A stretch of 64,000 nucleotides of DNA from Macrostomum lignano (Eukaryota), in assembly GCA_002269645.1 (NCBI GenBank), contig NIVC01001228.1:62001-126000 (forward strand), in the 5' to 3' direction. Positions 1 through 13,026 of this stretch are shown piece after piece. Position 1 is the stretch's first letter. The number at the start of each line of letters is the position of its first letter. Made by a program: the position numbers and the translations under genes. The notes below the pieces were generated by a model. The model was given only the letters and a program-made list of their open reading frames with translations. It made no database searches and was not told the origin of the DNA.

Positions 1-429
1 TTGAGAAAAATAATAACAAATTTATTTATATTCCAGTAATAATTGCCAACATTCGACTAAATGTTGACACCAATGAGAAGTTCGGGGACTATATTCTAGA
101 CTATAAAGTAATATTTAATGCCGACACATCCCATCTCATAAGTGTGTGAATGCATTAGAACTGCGTGTGAGCCGAATTAAGTAAGGGCCCAACAACTTGT
201 GCAGATGCTTGCGGTGGCACAGATATGACAGCATTGATGCGGCTGATGCGATCTGCCAAAGTCTCAATTTGAAGCCGGCTTCGGGGCCTTGACGAGTTGT
301 CTGAATTGCTTATAAGCCTGGCTTTTCTCCTCTCCCATTGGATTGCGGATGGGGCTGGCTCAGAGTCTGCTTCCTAGCCTGCTTCTGTCGCTCCGATTCG
401 CCCTCTCACTCTCCAGCAGCTTCTATCGA

Positions 430-1145
430 CCCTTCTGTCCCTCTCCACCTCTCCCTCTGCGTCTCCGTCCACCTCTCCCTCTCCGTCTTCCTCTTCCTCT
501 CCCTCTGCGTCTCTATCTCCGTCTCCATCTCCCTCTCCCTCTGCGTCTCCGTCTTCCTCTCCCTCTGCGTCTCCGTCTTCCTCTCCCTCTGCGTCTCCGT
601 CTTCCTCTCCCTCTGCGTCTCCGTCTTCCTCTCCCTCTGCGTCTCCGTCTTCCTCTCCCTCTGCGTCTCCGTCTTCCTCTCCCTCTGCGTCTCCGTCTTC
701 CTCTCCCTCTGCGTCTCCGTCTTCCTCTCCCTCTGCGTCTCCGTCTTCCTCTCCCTCTGCGTCTCCGTCTTCCTCTCCCTCTGCGTCTCCGTCTTCCTCT
801 CCCTCTGCGTCTCCGTCTTCCTCTCCCTCTGCGTCTCCGTCTTCCTCTCCCTCTGCGTCTCCGTCTTCCTCTCCCTCTGCGTCTCCGTCTTCCTCTCCCT
901 CTGCGTCTCCGTCTTCCTCTCCCTCTGCGTCTCCGTCTTCCTCTCCCTCTGCGTCTCCGTCTTCCTCTCCCTCTGCGTCTCCGTCTTCCTCTCCCTCTGC
1001 GTCTCCCTCTCCCTCTGCGTCTCCCTCTCTCCGCGTCTCCCTCTCCCTCTGCGTCTCCGTCTTCCTCTGCGTCTTCGTCTCCCTCTCCCTCTCCCTCTCC
1101 CTCTGGGTCTACGTCTCCGTCTCCCTCTCTATTTCCGTCTCCACC
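430..1145. repeat. 24-bp pyrimidine-rich tandem array (CTCTCCCTCTGCGTCTCCGTCTTC)n with degenerate ends
   Basis: Unit repeats near-perfectly from ~541 to ~1010. It explains the repetitive ORFs 338..1222 and 343..1152. Confidence 0.95.
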
Positions 1146-1704
1146 GGCCTAGGAGACCCACCCAAGAGACGGGCGCCCAACCAAGAGGACCCCCTTTAAG
1201 ACTGTGGCCTTGTCTAATTTAAATTCGCAGAATTGTCTAAAATTTCCCAAAAATTATCTGGATTTAGGGCGATTACGGTAAGACTTGCTACTCCAGCTCC
1301 TGGTTCTAGCTAGGAGTCGTTGGTCCATACCTTGGCCGCCCACAGCTGGTTCCAACTTGTGACAAGGAAGGCTCTATGCCACACCGTCTCCCTGCCGCTG
1401 GCTTGCTTGGCCTCTCTTTCAGTTGCCTTGTTGTTCTTTCGCCAATACTGACCCTCAGATTCTGACTGTGCAAATTCTTCGAAAGTGGGAAGAGTTTATG
1501 GGAAGATTAATAACATCTTGCGGAACCGTTTTCACTGCGGAACCTTTTGCACGAGGCGAATTGACTTTAAACTGTTTATAAAGTATTACTTATACTATTC
1601 GCGGGAAATGCGTTTCAAATAAAATAAACGCACTAATTCTTTAAGAAAATACTAGAATTTTTGCTGTACTAGATTTTTTCAACAAACTTTTTTTCAAATC
1701 TAGC

Positions 1705-3000
1705 TTAGATGATCTCACACCAAGCTAGATGGTCCCACACCAAGCTAGATGGTCCCACACCAAGCTAGATGGTCCCATACCCATGTTGATGATCCCACAC
1801 CAAGCTAGATGATCCCAAACCAAGCTAGATGATCCGGAACCAAGCTAGATGATCCGGAACCAAGCTAGATGATCCCACACCAAGCTAGATGATCCCAAAC
1901 CAAGCTAGATGATCCCACACCAAGCTAGATGATCCCAAACCAAGCTAGATGATCCCACACCAAGCTAAATGATCCGGAACCAAGCTAGATGATCCCACAC
2001 CAAGCTAAATGATCCGGAACCAAGCTAGATGATCCCACACCAAACTAAATGATCCGGAACCAAGCTAGATGATCCCACACCAAGCTAGCTCGTAGATGAT
2101 CCCACACCAAGCTAGATGATCCGGAACCAAGCTAAATGATCCGGAACCAAGATAGATGATCCTAAACCAAGCTAGATGATCCCAAACCAAGCTAGATGAT
2201 CCCACACCCATGTAGATGATCCCACACCAAGCTAGATGATCCCAAACCAAGCTAAATGATCCGGAACCAAGCTAGATGATCCCACACCAAGCTAAATGAT
2301 CCGGAACCAAGCTAGATGATCCCACACCAAGCTAGCTCGTAGATGATCCCACACCAAGCTAGATGATCCCAAACCAAGCTAGATGATCCCAAACCAAGCT
2401 AGATGATCCCACACCCATGTAGATGATCCCACACCAAGCTAGATGATCCCAAACCAAGCTAGATGATCCCGCACCAAGCTAGATGATCCCAAACCAAGCT
2501 AGATGATCCCAAACCAAGCTAGATGATATCAGACACCAAGCTAGATGATCCCGCATCAAGCTAGATGATCCCACACCAAGCTTGATGATCCCAAACCAAG
2601 CTAGATGATCCCACACCAAGCTAGATGATCCCACACCAATGTAGATGATCCCACACCCATGTAGATGGTCCCGCACCAAGCTAGATGATCCCACACCCAT
2701 GTAGATGATCCCACACCAAACTAGATCATCCCACACCAAGCTAGATGATCCCACACCCATGTAGATGATCCCACACCAAACTAGATCATCCCACACCAAG
2801 CTAGATGATCCCACACCCATGTAGATGATCCCACACCAAGCTAGCTCGTAAATGATCCCACAACAAGCTAGATGGTCCCACACCAAGCTAGACGATCCCA
2901 CACCCATGCAGATGATCCACACCAAGCTAGATGATCCCACACCCATTTAGATGATCCCAAACCCATCCAGATGATCCCACACCCAGCTAGATAATCGCAC
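1705..3000. repeat. 20-bp minisatellite CAAGCTAGATGATCCCACAC (variants ...CCGGAAC, ...CCCAAAC, CCATGTAGAT)
   Basis: Direct reading. It explains minus ORFs 2065..2250 and 2479..2946. Confidence 0.95.
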
Positions 3001-3967
3001 AGTTGAGAAAACTACCGCGAAAAATTCCAGATCAGTTCTTACTGATCTTATTCTCATAATCTGACTGATTCAAAGCATCCCCATTAAATCTTACAGAGTA
3101 TTCCCATGTAAAATCTATTTTTTTATTTTTTACACTATACAGCAAGAGAACTCCATAAAAGTAGCTGACATAAAAATCGATAACCATACAGATTAGCAAG
3201 GTAACTGCTGTTGTCTGTACATGCCAGGCACAACAATTAATGACAGACTGACTGCTATTGTGCGCATAGATCTCGTAGCTTCTTGTTGAGTGCTTTTAGA
3301 AGAGACAGAGAATGTTGGGGATTTTTTAAAAAGCGAGAGAAAAGAGAGGGAACTAGGAGAGCGGGAAACAAAAGAGGCGCTGGACGTCATCTGGCATGTC
3401 GCCACGCCCTGACACGGGGCTATGCTGTACACACGGCTTCTCTGGTTATTACGTAACAGCACCAGTAGTAACTCTCATGTTTACTTGGCCTACATGTAGC
3501 CTATCCCTGTATCTATCTCTACCCCAATGCCTATTTTGCGCCTTCAATGTTTAGTTTGTAGTATAGGCATTAAGGTATAGATTTATTGCATGTGTGACGG
3601 CATGAAGTATTCAGGATTTTAATAACTAGGGATTATGGATAATGTTAGCCTAGTCTATCACCCCTGAAGGCTTTTTGTCGTCGTTGTTTTTTATTATTAT
3701 GCATTTTAGAAATCCGCCCGCAGATTAGGGTAGTAGGACTTAGCCTCAGTAGATTACTAACGCAGATCTCTGTACGTTCGTATGCATGAGAAACAGGATA
3801 CTCCCCGAGTGTCTTCTCGGGCTGGTGAGTGCGGCATCGACTGGTGGCTTTGAGGGATTAGACTGATCGCCTTGATGTGCAGGGCTGAGGGACAGCTCCC
3901 AGTGTTCTCTCCGCACCCGGAGGCTAACAAATGCAGATTATCCGAGAGAGTGTGAATATGATGACAA

Positions 3968-3983
3968 TGGATAGAAAGATAGT

Positions 3984-4076
<93 letters not shown>

Positions 4077-4095
4077 CAGATATATAGATAGATCA
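3968..4095. repeat. (GATA)n microsatellite
   Basis: Direct reading. Confidence 0.97.
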
Positions 4096-4434
4096 AGCGA
4101 TAGAAAAATCTACCGCTAGCTTGCAGGCCCGAGCGTGCTAAACCAACAAATCCTCTTAGCGCTAAGGTATCTTCATAAGTTAATATCCGCAGCAAAAATC
4201 TACATGTATTTCCTTTAAATAGGAAATTGTGTTTTCCAAGAAATAGCATAATCTTCTCAGTCTTGTGCACCGTTGCAAAAAGCAAAGCGTAATCTTTAGA
4301 TTTCGTGTTCCGCAGTAAGGCGGTGATTATTTTAAGCTGATTGTTACATTGGAGATTCAGTCTGCGAAATGTGTCAGACATTCGAGCACAATTTAGCCTC
4401 TCTCTAACTCTACCTACTTCTCCTTACCTACCGC

Positions 4435-4790
4435 TCTCTCTCTCTCTCTCTCTACTTCTCTCTGTCTCTTTCTACCTCTCTCCACCTCTCTCTACCTCTC
4501 TCTACCTCTCTCCACCTCTCTCCACCTCTCTCTACCTCTCTCTACCTCTCTCCACCTCTCTCTACCTCTCTCCACCTCTCTCTACCTCTCTCTGTCTCTC
4601 TCTACTTCTCTCTGTCTCTCTCTACCTCTCTCTACTTCTCTCTATCTCTCTCTACCTCTCTCCACCTTTATCTACCTCTCTCTACCTCTCTCCACCTCTC
4701 TCTATCTCTCTCTACCACTCTCTATCTCTCTCTCTCTCTCACTTTCTCTCGGTCTTTCCTATCCTACCACTCTCTACCTCCCCTTATCTC
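4435..4790. repeat. CT-rich low-complexity array (CTCTCTCTAC / CTCTCTCCAC units)
   Basis: Direct reading. Confidence 0.9.
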
Positions 4791-5370
4791 TTCCTACCTG
4801 TCCCTATTTCCTTAAATTCCCCACCTTATCTTCCAGCAATGCGCACACTATCTCCAATTGCCTCATCCCTCTCGTCGCAGCTCCACTTGAAATCATCAGC
4901 CTATAAGCTTTAGCCTGAGCCCCTGTCGGCAACAGATCCAACTAACTTAATTAGTGTAAACCTAAATGTGTTGCCAAAAAATGTTTGCCTACTCCCTACC
5001 GAACCATGCAGTAGCGCTGGGAATGCAGCGATCGCCGCTTAGAAAACCCGAATGGCTATTTATGTAATTGTCAATCATCGCTTCGGTTTGCCAGTCACCG
5101 GCTGCTTTTACTTAGCAGCGCAAATGAATCTGAAATGGATTTCTTAGTCTAATGCGGTTTCTCTCTCGAGACCAATATATCAGTTTTTACTTTTGGGCTA
5201 TCAATTCGCCATTTTCCTTGTCACCATTTCTTTGGTCAAGATTCTGGCATGTTAAGCCCACTGTATCGATTTTGCTTTTGACTTTACACAATAGGCGATA
5301 GATATAGTAAGTAGTTAGTCTGCGTTGAAATGTACGATCGATAGGGAAGTGCAAAATGAAATTTATACAT

Positions 5371-6860
5371 AGTCACGTGACGCTCAGGTTTCTCGGGCAT
5401 CGTCGCCACCAAGTCACGTGATGCTCCAACTTCTCGGGCATCATAGCCACCCAGTCACGTGATGCTCCGTTTCTATCGGGCATCGTCACCACCAAGTCAC
5501 GTGATGCTCCGTTTCTATCGGGCATCGTCACTACTAAAGTCACGTGATGCTCCGTTTGTATCGGGCATCGGCACTACTAAAGTCACGTGATGCTCCGTTT
5601 CTATCGGGCATCGGCACTACTAAAGTCACGTGATGCTCCGTTTCTATCGGGCATCGGCACTACTAAAGTCATGTGATGCTCCGTTTCTATCGGGCATCGG
5701 CACTACTAAAGTCACGTGATGCTCCATTTCTATCGGGCATCGTCACTACTAAAGTCACGTGATGCTCCGTTTCTATCGGGCATCGTCACTACTAAAGTCA
5801 CGTGATGCTCCAACTTTTCGGGTATCGTCAACACCAAGTCACGTAATGCTCCGATTTCTCAAGAATCGTCGACAGCAAGTCACGTGACGCTCCGTTTATA
5901 TCGGGCATCGCCGCCACCAAGTCACGTGATGCTCCGGTTTCTCGGGAATCGTCGCCACAAAGTCACGTGCCTATAATAAATCATATTTTACAATGTACAT
6001 TGCCTCACTAACTGTTTTTTGGCCAATAAAAGCTCAGTAAACTTTTTGTCGTTTAACTTTTTCAACGTAGAAACAAACAGACTGATTCAAGTTCTACCAA
6101 TTCAGGTGCAACCCATAATTAGCTCGTACAAAAAAATGACCCAAGCAAACCTCAATTTTATTTCTGCAGCAGAGACATTTGCGTCTTTAAAAAATCAGAG
6201 AGCAATGCTGTATAGTAGATGAAAAAAGCCGAAGATTGCAGCCCAATCAATTTTATTTCAGATTCGCTAGGATTTTAGCTACATTTCTATTTTTTTATGA
6301 TTCACCAGTAAAGTTTTACGCTTTTTACGCAAATTAGAAACTTTGGATGAATTTTGTGCTTTTGAATTTGATTTGTGCAGCAAACCAGTTGGCACAATAT
6401 TCCCTTTATGTTTGGTGCAAATTTAAAAGTAGAAAATCAGATCATTTATTCATTTATGAGTAATGGTTAAATAGTGGACAAATAAGATCGGTAGTACGAC
6501 TACTAGCGACAATTTGGAAATCTAGAAAAAAGAGAAAAGAACAAAGAAAAAAAACTGGCATCTCAATGGCGCTAAAATGATAATTACGTGATGTTCATGG
6601 CAAAGTCAGAGAGATAGTAACGTCACGTGACCTGCTGGCGATGATGCCCGATAAAAAACTGAGCGTCACGTGACTTGGTGGCGACGATGCCCGATTAAAT
6701 CTGAGCGTCACGTGACTTTGTGGAGGCGATTCCCGATAAAAACGAAGTGTCACGTGGTGGCGATACCCGATAAAAACTGAGCGTCACGTGACTTGGTGGT
6801 GCGATACCCGATAAAAACGAAGTTGTCACGTGACATGGTGGCAAAACGAGCGTCACGTGG
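5371..6860. mobile_element. Fold-back-like element: two oppositely oriented arrays of a ~41-43 bp GTCACGTGA-containing unit flanking a ~650 bp AT-rich core
   Basis: Left array 5371-5970, ~15 copies of AGTCACGTGATGCTCCGTTTCTATCGGGCATCG. Right array 6621-6860, ~7 copies reading as the reverse complement (CGATGCCCGATAAAAAACTGAGCGTCACGTGAC). No transposase or clear TSD was seen, so the TE call is inferred from architecture. Confidence 0.55.
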
Positions 6861-7417
6861 CTTATCTATTTATCCTATTCATAGATAAATTTGTTTAACT
6901 TAGGAATAAAAATTAAAGACAAAAATGATTCGGTGATAAAAATGTGCATCTGATGACACTAAACTATCATAGAGTTTTTTTGGCTCATTTCCGGTCAAAT
7001 AGGGTCAAATCATTATCGATAAAATTCCTTGCCAAACTTTTAGAGCGCATTTTCAGTTTGTGCTGATGTGCAGGCCTCAGCTTTGACTGACAGCAGCGGC
7101 AAGGCGGATGTGCCGTCCCATCAGCCAATGGCCCACCAACCTCACTCTCCCCACTCTGTCAATATCCCCATATCAATAACCCGCGGAGTACTAGAACATT
7201 ATACTTAGTTGCCATGCAAAAGAATCAACAACGAATATAGCTATCACTAATTGAACTACAATTTGGCAGTAACAGCCCTATATCTGTACCAATGAGGCAA
7301 TTTTGTTGGCTCAAGGAAACAATATGATGTGAAAAAAAGATTTGCTTTAAAATTAAAACTGATTTCATCTTGTATATATAGGCAACCCGAAACTTTTTTG
7401 TTCGTCCACCTGACTAC

Positions 7418-7418
7418 C

Positions 7419-7489
<71 letters not shown>

Positions 7490-7490
7490 G
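7418..7490. repeat. (TCTG)n microsatellite
   Basis: Direct reading. Confidence 0.95.
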
Positions 7491-8096
7491 TCTACGTCAG
7501 TACCAGCTTAACTTTCACTTTTTAACTTCCTGGCAGCCCTCAGCAGTAATTTCCGGACTCTCCCCTGACTGTTTTTAACAGCTGAATCTACAAGACCCGG
7601 CAGGCAGACGCGCATTGCAATGACTTATAATGCCCCACTTTGAAGCAGAAGAAATACTTTTTTGTCGTTTTTTGTGCGTCTCCCTTGCAGACAGCAACTG
7701 CAGCGGTCTTCACCGCGGCCCTCATGTGAAATTTTCGGCCATTTTGGCTCGGCGGCTTCATCGCCTTTAGTCGTGATCGGCTGTGACGGGATAGCGACAG
7801 TCTGGGAACCGATCCCCTTTCCTGAGAGAGAGAGAGAGTGAGGGCAGAGAGGGGGCCAAAGCAATTGCGGCGCGTTTCTCCCAATGGGAATCGATGTTTT
7901 TCATCTTATCAGTTTTTTAGCTTCCAAAACAATTCTTTTCTAACCCGCAAACACGCGTGGAGCCCCCTAGGCATGTGCCTCGGTCCTCTTTGCCCGTTTT
8001 AATTGCAAATGTAAACGGGGGAGAGGCGGGTTGGCTGGCACTGCGCTGAAAGAGGCGGCCAGCGGAGGCAGCAGAGACGGACAGGGACAGGGCGAG

Positions 8097-8364
8097 TCAA
8101 GGTGTGAAGTCGAATGATTTCTTGAAAGCAGCAAGAGACAAGTCTGCTGTTTCGTTAGTCAGAGCCTTTTTGGGGTCGTTTCTATCCGAAGTTTTTGACT
8201 GGGAAGCGTTTGGTGTGTTGTTAATTCTTGTTTTTCCTAGCGGTGGTCCTCTGTGCCTCCCATGCAGTGACCTCTCCGCCCTGACGAATGTCTGCCGTCT
8301 GTGCAGTGGCTGATTGAAAGATCCAACAGGCGCAGGACATGCATGATCTTGCGTCACTGTCAAT
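8097..8364 (-). CDS. Candidate third/terminal exon of the CUB-domain gene
   Basis: A GTTAG acceptor at 8365 is phase-compatible with exon 2 and opens track ORF 8097..8363. Other phase-compatible acceptors lie nearby and the peptide is not recognisable. Confidence 0.3.
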
Positions 8365-8494
8365 CTAACGGCGTCTCAGTGACTCGCTTTTATTTATAGT
8401 TCAAAATGTTTTGCTTGTGTTGAAAAAGAAAATTAATGTTAGCTTTGAATCCGAACAAATGAATTTCATTGCAAAATGGATTTAGATTGCTCAC

Positions 8495-9333
8495 CGAAAC
8501 GTGAATGTAAAGTAGTGCTGAGAAGAGACTAGCGGCTGTCTAGGATAAGTCTTCTTACATAGTCCCGTTTGACCTCCGGCTTCAGCCATGCCTTCGCTAT
8601 ATGGCGTGTTGGTATTAAAGCAGTGCAGCACGTTTTCGCACAGCGGGTCCACATCCGGTATGTTTAGCTGGTTAAACCATATTAAGATGCGCTGAGAACT
8701 CTCAGCTAGAAGGTGTACCTCGCAGGAGAAATTTGCTGGATAAGGTTCTAGGCCGAATCGATGCGAATGAATCTCAGCCGCTCGAACGGGCACCTGCATC
8801 ACTCCTTTGCGTCCAATTATATCATCGCGATAAATGCAGTCGCGAGTCAGATAGACTGAAATTCATGATATTATTTCGACTCAATCTCAAAATGTATTAT
8901 ATCTTCACACTACACTTCTTAAACTAAACAGGATGCAGGACAATTAACTGCTAACTACTGAATTACTCAGTCTTGATTCGTAATACTACGCGTAGAGTCA
9001 TACACATTAAATGAAACTATTTTCAACACCATACACACTACAAGGATACTGACAAAAGTAGCGTTTACAGGGCTACATGTACATGTATACTATGTACACG
9101 CATATGTAATATAGAATGTAATTTCGAATGTTTAGGAAACGGACAAATACTTGGTTAACTTTAATTAAATCCTTATTAAACTAGTATTTTTATGTGTATT
9201 TCAAAAAATATGAGTTATTAAGCTGATACAAACTTTACTCACAGCGTTTTTTGTCTTCATCCGTAATTGTTGTCACTGACGGATTAATGACCCGCCACAG
9301 AAATATTAACATTAGAAAGAACCAGCTCTTCAT
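8495..9333 (-). CDS. Secreted/membrane CUB-domain protein, 5' exons (signal peptide + CUB domain)
   Basis: Exon 1 9333-9243: MKSWFFLMLIFLWRVINPSVTTITDEDKKR, hydrophobic signal-like, ending at a GTGAGT donor (phase 1). Exon 2 8855-8495 follows a TTTCAG acceptor in matching phase and reads FYLTRDCIYRDDIIGRKG...YPANFSCEVHLLAESSQRILIWFNQLNI...CENVL...GLCKKTYPRQPLVSSQHYFTFTFR, ending at a GTGAGC donor. The YPxNxxC...RIxxxF...C...LC..P...SS pattern fits CUB (recognised by eye). Confidence 0.7.
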
Positions 9334-10861
9334 TTAGTCGGATTTGTGATAGTTTTCGCAGTTACATGGTGAATAATTACTATTATTGACGGATATGACC
9401 ATACAGAACAACAGAAGTAAGATAAAGTATTAATTCTAATAAGTCAAATGCTGAACATACCAGGTTAAGTTAAAGCGGTGCGAAATGTGAAACTGCGCTA
9501 ACAGCAAATCATATTGCATTGAAAGAGGCCGAAAAAATGACTTTTTCTTGTTGTTTCAAAGTATATTTGGAAAATGAAGCAAATTTTTAAAACCTCATTT
9601 AAGAAAAGTGTTTTAAAGTTTTGTTAAAAGCTGTAATATTTTTGAAACCTCGCTGTACTGAACAAATTTTACGTGCAACTTGCGTGGCACGCATTCACAT
9701 AACATAATAAGATGTTAAAGATTTGTGAATGATTTTGTCATTGTGAGCATGGCTTTGCACTTAAAATTAGGAGCATTGGCAAATGGAAAATAATGACTTG
9801 CAACATCAATCTCTTTTTTATTTGGATATAGGGGCCTATATTGACAATACAATAAATATAGGCCTATTATATTAATAAAAAAATATGTCACTGACTTTTT
9901 TAGATTAATCCTGGATATCATTATCAACACTACAGTTCACAAAAAAGTAAATTTAGTTGAATATATACAAAGTTTACCCATGTAGGCCTAGTATTTTTAT
10001 CAATTTCAACAATGATTGCTTAGTATAGGGGGCCTACTTGTTTGATACCATCAAAAGTACTAGGGCCTAGTAATACTTGACTTTATATTCATACCTAAAA
10101 ATGGGTGCTAGTTTTTTCGTCTGCTGACAGTTCGCCTGCTAAATAAGCAGACAAAAAGTTTTCTATTTTTAAAACTGTTCATCTGCTGGGAAATGAGAAT
10201 AGGCCCTAAGAGTAGGATGGGACATACATGCCCAACACCTATTTAACCTGTCTGAACTGGACAAGTCAGGTGAAATGGCCACCAGCCAAGGTAGGGGCCT
10301 AAGTTGCAAAATCAAAAATGCAAAAAATGAAAAATTGAGGTAAAAAAAGAAGAAAAAAGGGACAAGAAAGGAGGGAAAAAGAGAGGGAAGAGGAGAGAGA
10401 AAGAGAAAAAGAAAAAAAGCAAGAAAAGTCATATACAAAGTGAATATTAAGTTGCAATCAAAGGAACAAAGTCACCATCAAGGGGACTAAGTTGCAAATC
10501 TGGAGTTTAGACAAAACTAAATTGTATTGGATGGCTAAAATTTTGAAGTTTGGCATGTATGGGATAAGAATGCAAAGTAAGATTAGGACTGCACAACAAG
10601 CTCGTTGATATTGATAAAATGTTGCAGGGGTTGGTCTTTTCAAATATGACAAGCTATATTAGTTTATAGATATTAGGCCTAGGGCCTAGGCTAGGCCTAT
10701 GGAGAAGGGTTTAGAAAGGGAGACATGGTATGCAACAATTCTAGATTTTAAGTGAGGCAAAGGTTTTGCATTCAAGAATTGTTAAATAAGAAATAAAATT
10801 TGTTAATATTTATTTTTTTTTAAATTTTCAATAGCTTTGGTTCTATTTAGTTCTAGTTAGT

Positions 10862-11190
10862 TCTTGAGCATAAAGCTTTGAGTTTGGTTTGAGTTATGAT
10901 AATTGCTTAGTGTCTGGGTGAAGTCTTGCATGTCAATTTTCAGCAACAGAGAGCAAGCAGAAGTACTCGAAATCGAATATCAATCTAATACATTGTCAAG
11001 ATAGGAACATCAGTTTTTCTTGAATAGTTTTCGAGCATAAAGCTTTGAGTTCGGTTTGAGTTATAAAAATCACTTAGTATCTGGGTGACGTCCTGCATGT
11101 CAATTTTTAGCAATAGAGAGCAAGCAAAAGTACTCAAAATTGAATATCAATCTAATACATTGTGGAGATAAGGAAGCACCAGTTTTTTGC
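10862..11190. repeat. Diverged two-copy ~170-bp tandem duplication
   Basis: GAGCATAAAGCTTTGAGTT...GAATATCAATCTAATACATTGT occurs at ~10866 and ~11033 with scattered substitutions. Confidence 0.85.
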
Positions 11191-12900
11191 AAATTGTAAA
11201 AAATCCTTTCAATCTGTAGCCGTAATTTTTTTCAAGTCAGTTTATCTTGTGGGTGATGTTTTTTCTGTAAAAAATCATGGCGTTTGGTGCTTTAAAAGCA
11301 GAGATTTTTGTTATTTCCAAATATCGCTCGGGGAATCCCTGCATCTCAATGAAGCTTATTATTCTTTTTGTAGATGTTACATGTATAAAATAGTCTAGGC
11401 CTATTAAAATGATGGAGTGTATTATATTTAACACTATTTATAAACATTGTAATTAAGTGGCTCCTTATTCTATTCTCACCCAACCCCATTGCCACTCCTA
11501 TCTTTATCAATAGCTAGGTGTTGACCAATTTGACCAAAAAAATAGACAAATTCAATAAAAGCAAATTTAGCAACAATCTAGGCAAATTTGGTGATAATTA
11601 ATAAAGGAAAGACAATTGTATATGGTCATATATGCGCAACCTCCAAAATTCAGTCAGCTGTGCAACTTAGTTTTAACAAAAAATGCAATGTAGTTTTTGG
11701 ATGGGCATTTTTGCAACTTACCTTGGTTGCCTACCAAATTTGTCAGTTAGATCAGCCAACTTGGCCAACTATTGTGCATGTCTATAAACAATAGCCATAT
11801 ATATATTATTATAAAAAAAATCTATATAAATAGATTTTGGCTAAATTGCAATAAAAATTGGTTAAGAATTGCAGTCTCTAGAGCATTATTGACATTCATA
11901 CTAACCTTGGAGATTTAGTGTATTTAAATACTCAGCTTTCTATTTTAATTGAGTTTGTTTTATATATCATTTATCTTTCTGCCTTTTTATTGCACTTTCC
12001 AAGACATTTTGTTTATTAATTTAGGGTCAAGGCAGCCTCAAAAACAAAAACCTTTGGTACTTAAGAAAAAAAAGAAAAAAGATTTTTGGTATGTTTATTA
12101 AGGTCTTTCCGGTGGCTATAATGTCTGCAAAAAGCTGGAATAAGCAATAATGTCATAAAAAGAAAGATTAAAAAAATTTCTGTTATTATCGCTCAACTAC
12201 TACATTCTTGAAAACGTAGGATGTTCAATTTAACAAAACACATTTTCAGTCATTATTTTCTACTTTAAAACTTTTACAAGCATTATAAAAAAGCCTTATT
12301 AAGTTATTACATATATAACTCACTTTAACTTATTTTTAGCTATAAAAACTTGTCACCAGATTTGCCTAGATTGCCACCAAATTTGCCTAAATTGTTGCCA
12401 TATTTGCTTTTGCCAAATTTGTCCATGTGAAATTTCTGTTGCCAAATTTGTTTTTTTATGAATTTGCATGGATCTTTCTTAGTCTATTCCTTAGCAAACA
12501 AATAGTTTTAGAAAAAACTTTTTATTTACTTAACAGACAAACCATTAATAGATAAATGAACAAAATGCTAAATGCTTTTGTATAAATAGCATAGTTAAAA
12601 TTTATTATAGGGCAAATTCTAAAGAGTAAATACCCAAATAAGGGATAGGAATAGGATTGATGTCTATATTTTGGCAAAATATGCTTGGTCTTTTTTTCAT
12701 TCTTTAGGTCTCTAGTATTTAGTAAAAAGGGAAACTCATGGACTGCTTCCCTTTTGGCTTTGGTATACCTTTTGTATTAAAAAACTTTCTTTTTGATATT
12801 TATATTGAATAGGTATTATATATCAAGTCTTATAATATATGCCTATAATTAGTATTAGATAGGCTAATGCCCATGCTTGGGCACAACCTAGGGATTCACC

Positions 12901-13026
12901 CAGCTGTTTCTATTGGCAACACACACACACACACATATATAAGTTGCTATTAGATAAAATAGTAGTCATGTGACTGCTCTCAGCCAATAGCAACTTACAT
13001 GTGTGTGTTGCCAATAGAAATGGCTG
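12901..13026. repeat. Short inverted-repeat (MITE-like) hairpin
   Basis: Arms TTTCTATTGGCAACACACAC...TAAGTTGCTATT and AATAGCAACTTA...GTGTGTGTTGCCAATAGAAA, with a central AGTCATGTGACT. Confidence 0.7.

Noticed and set aside
3193-3462. Minus ORF 3193..3462 and a degenerate + frame as exon or TE remnant
   Set aside because: No recognisable motif, and no convincing phase-consistent splice partners.
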